DNA from: Diplonema japonicum
Taxonomy: Eukaryota; Protista; Euglenozoa: Diplonemea
Direction of reading: 5' to 3'
Assembly: GCA_964019335.1 (NCBI GenBank)
Contig: OZ025656.1
Span: 248,001-312,000, forward strand
DNA length: 64,000 bases
A program made the position numbers and the translations under genes. Under the pieces are notes generated by a model, which worked only from the letters and a program-made list of their open reading frames with translations, was not told the origin of the DNA and made no database searches. Positions 57,375 through 64,000 of the stretch are shown piece after piece (within the stretch, counting starts at the first letter, position 1; each line of letters begins with the position of its first letter).

Positions 57375-60300
57375 ATGGTAACAGACTACCGGCCGTCCCG
57401 TCAACGAGTGGCGAGTTTTCATCAGTCGGCATCAAAGAGAAATGGCAACCAAATGTACAAACGCGGTGCGAGGCTACTGAACAAAGGGGATGTTCCTAGG
57501 TATCTTACTGAAGGGTACAAGGGGCAAGCAAACCCGCTCTCCCTGGAAGGTTACGGGCGGCTCATCAACGACTTCGACAGCCTAACGAAATCAGTTCTAT
57601 CCATTATTGTAGATGTCAACAGGGGAAACAGAGAAGAGCTAGCCAAGGTGAAAGACGTACTAAGAATTATTGATCAGGAAGAAAGCAGCATGGAAAACCT
57701 ATACTCAGGCCTACAGGAAGTAGCACATATAACACAGGATCTGGGTATCACAACGCTCCCTTCCGCTCTCTTCGATATCGCAGAGGTTATCAGCAAGATG
57801 TGTATCAACCCTGGCCTTGTAGTTGACGATGGAGTTGAGGACAACCACGAATTTCAAATCACGTCGTTCAATGCTTTGTTCCCCACCTGCAACCCTTTCC
57901 GAAAAAAACTGGACGATGCTTTCAACTTCGACAGGGTTGATTTCTCCTCCCTTAACCTACCCATCTACGCTGTGGAAAATTGCAAGGCCTCACTGGTAAA
58001 GCTTTTTGAAGGCATCCATGCGTTCATCAAGCACTTCAAAACAGGGCCCATCGACAAAGCGTGCGTGGAAATCCAACGGAAGTACACCCTCGTCCAAGCA
58101 GATCTCTCCAAGGTCACCGCACAGCTGCAGAAGGTTGTCAATGAGCTTGCTGAGACGCGGTCCCGTCTTAGAATTGCCGAAAGAAACTCTAGCAGTATCG
58201 TCCAGCGGAGGGTGTCGACGTCCCGGCAGGGTTCGATGCTCGGGATCAGCACACCCGACGAAGACGTTGCACCGTCTCGTGAAGCGACCCTTGACCCCCT
58301 CAAGGTTACTCACAACGAACGTCCGCAAAAAGCCCCACAACGGGATAAGAAAGAAAGCCACGACGCCCTTTCACGCAGGGAACACGCCCCGAGGCTCCGC
58401 GGCAGTGACCCGAACGATGATTCCGACGGCAGCGAGTTGAGCCTCGAGGGCACCGATGCTATCGCACCGTCCCTCCCTCGCCAGCAGCACAAGCCTGTTT
58501 CACGACAACGTATCGTCGAGGACCAGCCCGCCCCGCCCGTGGATTCTTTCCAAATGGACCAGCCCCGTCCTGAATCTGTTAAAAACATGCTTAACTACAT
58601 GTTTAACAACAAAACTGGGGGCGACAGTATGCCTGGAGTCAAGCGAAAGTGGAACACGTTGAAGCAAGAACGCAAAAGGCGGCTTCCTTCCAGAGGCAGC
58701 AGGACAGATGGCAGACGCCCGACCCCATCGCAGGAAACTCGTGGCGTAACGGAGGCTGATGTGCTCCTAATGCTCCTTAGCAGTTCTCAAGAAAACCAAG
58801 CACAACCTGTGACCCCGCCACCCCCTGTGATCAAAGAGCATCAAGCTACAAATACCGATGCCGTTGAAGAAGTTAAAACAACTAAGCCCTCGCCTGCTGT
58901 TCTTGCTCTGAAGCGTGTTGAAACAACCCGTATGGCGGCCTCCCCCAGAAGCGCCATACATAGTCAAGGTAAGTTCTCCCCCAGGGAAATCCAACGAGAG
59001 CGTGGTGTCATCCCCGCACCAGAGGAAGTTGTAACCTTCGGGAGGTTGCCCTTCTCAGTCTCCCAAAGCCTTGCGGGTCCTGCGCTGAGTGTAAAAAACT
59101 ACGACAAGCCATGCATCTACCAACTGGGTGAAACAAGGACGTTTGAGTTGAAGCAAGTGGTCAAAATGCTGGACGAGCGTTGCATCAATCAGAAGAAGGT
59201 CGTGCCACTGTACATATCCATGCGGCTTGCTAGGTTCAGGAAGAAGGCCCTGCACGACCCACGTGCATTTATCAAGGTGCTGGACAGCATAGACGCAGTG
59301 GTCGAGAAGCAGTTCCGAGATGGCTACTGCACTGTGCAGCGCAGGGACGACGTCATCGTGTTAGGGCAGAGCACAGACGACATGCAAAAGGCTCTAAAGA
59401 CGGCTTTCGCATGTTTAGAGGAAGTACGCGGGCTGTTCCAGAACCCTGCGGAGCTAAAAGTTGCGATTAGCACGAACCGCTCAACAGCAGTCGATCTGTC
59501 GCTGTTGGCAAACCCGCAAGAAGTATTGGTGGAGACGTGCGTCATAAATGACGATGCGAAACAGAAGTATAAAGTTGAAGAAATGAAACTCCCATTCGGC
59601 AAACAAGAAGCAGATGTCACTTCATTCACGCGCTGGAATGCGCAGCCGAGAGTCCGACGTCTTATCCACGTGAAGGAAGATTTCAGGGGTGTGGTGGAGA
59701 AGGAGCACGAGACCCTTGCTGAAAGACTGGAGACCATGCAGAGGGAAGACATTCAAGAGCAGTCTTGCGAGAAGAACCAGTGCGCTGTGATTATTATCGT
59801 GGACATCTTAGGCAGTTCCGACGCGTGGTGCTGTGCTGCCTCTGTGGAACCAGACGATACCGAAGGTAAGAAGCATGCAGAGGAGTTTTATGAGTGCATG
59901 ACGAACTACAGGGCGCTAATCCGACAAGCGCTCATCACGTCATGTGGCTGGGAAGTATGGTGCGGTGGTGATGCCTTTGTCCTCGGCTTCGGGAAGCTGA
60001 AGCAAGCTTTGCAGTGGACAGCGTCGGTAATGGAATCACCACTACGGTGGCCAATGCAGTTCTTTAACAAAACGCCTGACATGTGCGATGTAGTACGCGT
60101 GGGCATCTCACTTGGAGATGTGAAGTTAAAAGAGGACAAACTGGTTGGCGTGAACCTCTTTGCGGCAGCTGCATTATGCAGTTTAGCAGGCGGTGGGGAT
60201 ATCTTGCTGTCGCAAATGCTTGGCATACAAGCAAGAGCCTTTGGGCACCCCACCCGTGACATCGGCCTCCGTCGTGTACCCGAGCTGGACACTGACATCT

Positions 60301-62975
60301 TTGTTGTTGCATTGAGCGCCAAAAAGATAGAACGCACGACAACCGAGAAGAAGAAGGGACGGGCAGCGGTAACCATGGACCCACGTGTCTCATCTGAGCT
60401 GCTCCGCATGCATAAACGGGTGCGTATTTTTTGCAAGTTGTGCGAGAGGTTGAACACTAAAAACGAAAATGAGATGCCTCTCTCAGACGATCAGTTCAAC
60501 TCCATTTGGGCCAAGATCATCAACCTCAACGGCCCGCCTGAGACCATGCTTGTAAGCGAGCTCAGCAACACGCTGCCGCAGGTGCGGACCAAAGACGTCG
60601 GCAAGAACAGAGCCACCATAGACGAGGCCGCACGTTTCGTCATCGATGACGACCTCAAAGAGGAACGTGTCTTCAATGAGGCGCAAATTCAAATGATCTC
60701 GAAGTCTCTGCTGGGGTTTTTGTCGCGGGCGGTCAGACTTATGGCAAAGGCGAAGCGATCAGTGCAGTACCACAAGCAAGGCGGGAAGCTAGTCGCAGCC
60801 ATATCTGCATTCAAAATGAACGGCGGTCCGAGTACATCCGCAATCACACGCTCGATCCTTATGGCGCCTCAGACGCGGGACCCTGCTGTCGTTGTCGAGA
60901 CCGCCATCAACAAGGCACTGACGAGTGCTGCTTCAAAGTGGTCGAACCTCAAATCCAACGTGAAGGTGGCATCGCTCTTTTCAAACCTGACCGGAAAGAC
61001 TAATCCGTTCCTCGCGACACTGGGGGCGGTACGCAATGCTAAAATGGGTGCTGCCGATGCTGCTGCTCCGAGTAGCAGTCTTAAGGAGCCTCAGAGCAAA
61101 GTGAAGTTAATGCTTAATCGACTGAAAGCTACAAACACCGAAGCTGCCACAACGAACGGCAGTGGTGGCAACGATGCCGCCGCTGCCAACGCAAGCCCCC
61201 GTGTCACGATAAATGAACCTACGAAAGCCAAGCCGTCAGACCAAAACTTGCAGATGGGGCAGCAGAATTTAATGCAGGACAACCCGACGCCGACTGAACG
61301 AGCTTTACAACCCTCTGCTTCTCTGTTCAAGTCAGCACTGCAGCAGCCACGCGAGCTGCAGAAGTTTAAAGGACACCAACAGCTCCAGCAGGACGACGGG
61401 CAGCAGCAGCGGTTCCAAAATGAACAACAAGTCACGAACCAAGAGCAACAACAGTCTCACCAGGTCACCGACTTATTTCGACAGAAGAGTGAGAACATGT
61501 ATTCAAGTGGATCTGCGGATCAACATCAACATCAACATCAACATCAGCAACATCCTAGCCAAGAACTTCAACGTCAACTCCAACACCAGCTAGAGTATCA
61601 GCAGCAACAGCATCAACATCAACACGAGCAACATCAGCTCTACCAAGAACAGCATCAAGATCAACCCCAACGTCAGCTAGAGTATCAACATCAACATCAT
61701 CATCAACATAAACATCAACACCACCAACAAGCCCTCTTGCAACAACAGCCTTTCCCCCAACATCAACACCAACACCAACAAGCCCTCGGGAAACAACAGC
61801 CTTTCTCTCAAGATCAGCACCACCAACATCACTACCAACATCAACACCAACATCAACACCAACATCATCAACACCACCAACAAGCCCTCGTGCAACAACA
61901 GCCTTTCCCCCAACATCAACATCAACATCAACACCAACACCAACAAGCCCTCGGGAAACAACAGCCTTTCTCTCAAGATCAGCACCAGCAACATCACTAC
62001 CAACATCAACATCAACACCAACATCATCAACACCACCAACAAGCCCTCGGGAAACAACAGCCTTTCCCCCAACATCAGCATCAACATCAACACTACCAAC
62101 ATCAACAAGCCCTCGGGAAACAACAATCTTTCCCCCAACATCAGCATCAACACCAACAAGCCCTCGTGCAACAACAGCCTTTCTCCCAACATCAGCACGA
62201 TAGGCAACTTTTATTCCAACCAGAACGGTCACCGTCCAAAAGGATACTCTCCCCGCAAGACAGGATGAAAGCAGCAGCTTTGGGTACTAAGAAAGCTGAT
62301 AAACTCTTCCAGCAGATACAATCCTCGGTGAATCAGTTGCAAGGCGCGGGCACAGGCATGACAAAGTTGAAGTCCTTTCAAGCTAGTTTTCCTGCTGCGG
62401 CACAACCGTCGCTTGTCCCACCCACTAACTTTAACTATCAAGGTTCGCCGTCGCTGCAAGGGGAAGGGAGGGACAATAAGGGACAAGCTGTGCAGGTGAA
62501 CGCGCATGCGATGCTTGGCAACCCGCATGCGCAAATGCAGAACACGCATGACCGAGTGTCAAAGTGGCAGGGAGGGGACCAGCTCTTGCCGCCGTTGGAA
62601 GTGGGCGGGCATCCTGCAAAGGATGGGAAGGTGCCGCCACCGAGTGGCTTTGGGACAGGACCAGCACAGGAGAAGAAGAAGATTGCGAAAGTGATGACTG
62701 CAATGAAGACAAGCATGATAGGGCTAGGCCTACGAGGCTTCAACGGGCAAGGAACGGAAACCTCTGAAAGGGGAACACCGGCAATGCGAGCGACACCCGT
62801 CTTGAAAAAAGACCACGGGCAACGAGGGGGCAACCAGATGGACCACCTCAGTGTTTTGCGTCGAAACGTAAGAGGAAAGCTTGCCAGCGCCAAAATGAAC
62901 CGTTTCAACAACGTCCTCAAGGAGGTCAAGCACGCGAGCAACCAGAACCTCCACATATCTCTTCCTCCTCTGTAA
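57375..62975 (+). CDS. Large protein with degenerate class III nucleotide cyclase domain(s) and Q/H repeat
   Basis: IVDILGSSDAW...WEVWCGGDAFVLGF...VRVGISLGD...LVGVNLFAAAALCSLAGGGDILLS follows the adenylate-cyclase motif order. The start could be 57453. Confidence 0.8.
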   Translation: MVTDYRPSRQRVASFHQSASKRNGNQMYKRGARLLNKGDVPRYLTEGYKGQANPLSLEGYGRLINDFDSLTKSVLSIIVDVNRGNREELAKVKDVLRIIDQEESSMENLYSGLQEVAHITQDLGITTLPSALFDIAEVISKMCINPGLVVDDGVEDNHEFQITSFNALFPTCNPFRKKLDDAFNFDRVDFSSLNLPIYAVENCKASLVKLFEGIHAFIKHFKTGPIDKACVEIQRKYTLVQADLSKVTAQLQKVVNELAETRSRLRIAERNSSSIVQRRVSTSRQGSMLGISTPDEDVAPSREATLDPLKVTHNERPQKAPQRDKKESHDALSRREHAPRLRGSDPNDDSDGSELSLEGTDAIAPSLPRQQHKPVSRQRIVEDQPAPPVDSFQMDQPRPESVKNMLNYMFNNKTGGDSMPGVKRKWNTLKQERKRRLPSRGSRTDGRRPTPSQETRGVTEADVLLMLLSSSQENQAQPVTPPPPVIKEHQATNTDAVEEVKTTKPSPAVLALKRVETTRMAASPRSAIHSQGKFSPREIQRERGVIPAPEEVVTFGRLPFSVSQSLAGPALSVKNYDKPCIYQLGETRTFELKQVVKMLDERCINQKKVVPLYISMRLARFRKKALHDPRAFIKVLDSIDAVVEKQFRDGYCTVQRRDDVIVLGQSTDDMQKALKTAFACLEEVRGLFQNPAELKVAISTNRSTAVDLSLLANPQEVLVETCVINDDAKQKYKVEEMKLPFGKQEADVTSFTRWNAQPRVRRLIHVKEDFRGVVEKEHETLAERLETMQREDIQEQSCEKNQCAVIIIVDILGSSDAWCCAASVEPDDTEGKKHAEEFYECMTNYRALIRQALITSCGWEVWCGGDAFVLGFGKLKQALQWTASVMESPLRWPMQFFNKTPDMCDVVRVGISLGDVKLKEDKLVGVNLFAAAALCSLAGGGDILLSQMLGIQARAFGHPTRDIGLRRVPELDTDIFVVALSAKKIERTTTEKKKGRAAVTMDPRVSSELLRMHKRVRIFCKLCERLNTKNENEMPLSDDQFNSIWAKIINLNGPPETMLVSELSNTLPQVRTKDVGKNRATIDEAARFVIDDDLKEERVFNEAQIQMISKSLLGFLSRAVRLMAKAKRSVQYHKQGGKLVAAISAFKMNGGPSTSAITRSILMAPQTRDPAVVVETAINKALTSAASKWSNLKSNVKVASLFSNLTGKTNPFLATLGAVRNAKMGAADAAAPSSSLKEPQSKVKLMLNRLKATNTEAATTNGSGGNDAAAANASPRVTINEPTKAKPSDQNLQMGQQNLMQDNPTPTERALQPSASLFKSALQQPRELQKFKGHQQLQQDDGQQQRFQNEQQVTNQEQQQSHQVTDLFRQKSENMYSSGSADQHQHQHQHQQHPSQELQRQLQHQLEYQQQQHQHQHEQHQLYQEQHQDQPQRQLEYQHQHHHQHKHQHHQQALLQQQPFPQHQHQHQQALGKQQPFSQDQHHQHHYQHQHQHQHQHHQHHQQALVQQQPFPQHQHQHQHQHQQALGKQQPFSQDQHQQHHYQHQHQHQHHQHHQQALGKQQPFPQHQHQHQHYQHQQALGKQQSFPQHQHQHQQALVQQQPFSQHQHDRQLLFQPERSPSKRILSPQDRMKAAALGTKKADKLFQQIQSSVNQLQGAGTGMTKLKSFQASFPAAAQPSLVPPTNFNYQGSPSLQGEGRDNKGQAVQVNAHAMLGNPHAQMQNTHDRVSKWQGGDQLLPPLEVGGHPAKDGKVPPPSGFGTGPAQEKKKIAKVMTAMKTSMIGLGLRGFNGQGTETSERGTPAMRATPVLKKDHGQRGGNQMDHLSVLRRNVRGKLASAKMNRFNNVLKEVKHASNQNLHISLPPL
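61726..62197 (+). repeat. Seven-unit coding minisatellite QQAL(G/V/L)(K/Q)QQPF-(QH)n
   Basis: CAACAAGCCCTC...AACAACAGCCTTTC cores separated by variable CAACAT/CAACAC arrays. Confidence 0.9.
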
Positions 62976-63233
62976 TACCCCTCCTTTAGTTTACACTAAA
63001 GGATTCCCTCCCTCCCCAGCATGGGAGGGTCATTGCCGACGTGCTGTCTGCGTCCCCCGGGTTTCGAGGCGCACTCAAGGCATTGTCTTGCTTTGGTTGT
63101 ATTTTTTTTTTTCTTTCTCGCTCTTGTTATCACGCATATTACCCCTCTTTTTCATTTTCAATGTTTTCATGTACTTCCCGAAAAATATTTCAAAAAGGTA
63201 AAAAAAAAAAAAAAAAAAAAAAAAGAAATAGTA

Positions 63234-64000
63234 ATGGGTGCAAAGTATAAAAATCTGTGCAGCGCTGCGTATTACGGAGATCTGAAGTTGATGAAGAAGC
63301 TTGTGGAGGGTGAAGAGGAAGACGAGGAGGAAGACCCGGAAAAGAAAGGCGACCGCTGGAGAGAACGGGTGAACGAGGCTGGATACGTGACCACGTGCAA
63401 AGGCATCAAAGAGAGGGACTTCGGGTTTGGGTTCGACGTGATCGCCTCGGACGACAATGTTTTCAAATATTGCTTCAAACCGTCGGCGAAAAGCAGTGAA
63501 AAAGCAAGCCCTCTGCACTGGGCGGTCCTTGGAGATGAAATAGACGCAGTGTGGTATCTGCTCCGAAAAGGCGCTGCAACTCGAGTCACATGTACACCTT
63601 TCGATGCATCTCCTCGAGACGTTGCAAATTACAATAAAACAATTTGTGTTTTTCAATCCCAAGAAGCTGAGTTGCTGCTGCAGACCGAGGCCGTTGCAGC
63701 TCAGCTGGACGCCGACCTAGCAGCAGCGGTGTGGGAAATCCATGAGATCAACGGGAGATCAGACCTTTTCTTTCCCCCGAACAAGATGGACCCCCCTTCA
63801 AGGAAGGAGCGTCCACCGCGTGAAACAAATCCTTATTCGTCCATCCGCTTCATATCCCAAGAAGCTGTCAACCAACTCGTTCCCTACACAGGGCCGGGGT
63901 TGGATCCTGTGAGGGAGTTATTGTCGAAACTCCCCATTACGCTCGGTGAAATGTCCCTTTTGAGTTTGAAATCTAGGAAGTTGTACGAGGACGTCCCTTT
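63234..64000 (+). CDS. Ankyrin-repeat protein, 3'-truncated by the window edge
   Basis: Read manually: MGAKYKNLCSAAYYGDLKLMKKLV...SPLHWAVLGDEIDAVWYLLRKGA; the frame runs to the window end, so it is absent from the ORF track. Confidence 0.8.
   Translation, partial: MGAKYKNLCSAAYYGDLKLMKKLVEGEEEDEEEDPEKKGDRWRERVNEAGYVTTCKGIKERDFGFGFDVIASDDNVFKYCFKPSAKSSEKASPLHWAVLGDEIDAVWYLLRKGAATRVTCTPFDASPRDVANYNKTICVFQSQEAELLLQTEAVAAQLDADLAAAVWEIHEINGRSDLFFPPNKMDPPSRKERPPRETNPYSSIRFISQEAVNQLVPYTGPGLDPVRELLSKLPITLGEMSLLSLKSRKLYEDVP

Noticed and set aside
61726-62197. CRISPR-like repeat-spacer pattern
   Set aside because: In-frame coding repeat with low-complexity, mutually related spacers; eukaryotic context and no cas genes.

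Overview
Eukaryotic nuclear DNA, most likely a euglenozoan and probably a diplonemid. The HSP90 carries kinetoplastid-like motifs ([30 protein letters not shown]), but cis-introns are frequent, which argues against a trypanosomatid. About 26 protein genes lie head-to-tail on the + strand, separated by spacers made largely of A/T and G/C homopolymers. They include SANT/Myb membrane protein, UBR4/BIG, sorting nexin, NCKX exchanger, NAC-alpha, eIF3b, ODR4-like, Tim44-like, ataxin-2, eEF1B-like fusion, Ubl-WD40, Rab5-like, TYW1, HSP90, YKT6, a triple cold-shock protein, a pseudo-cyclase and an ankyrin protein. Manual splicing reconstructs 34 tiny GT-AG introns (32-95 nt, donor mostly GTATG). They cluster toward gene 3' ends, and many carry a pure A27-33 tract where a polypyrimidine tract would normally sit, in two cases running directly into the acceptor G. 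This is the strongest candidate for an undescribed system. The window also holds two piggyBac-type elements (874 bp with an ATAA target duplication and a stand-alone cysteine-rich domain; 381 bp MITE with TTAA), a possible hAT remnant and a hidden spliced 81-aa gene. All intron calls are manual, and homopolymer lengths may be affected by sequencing error.
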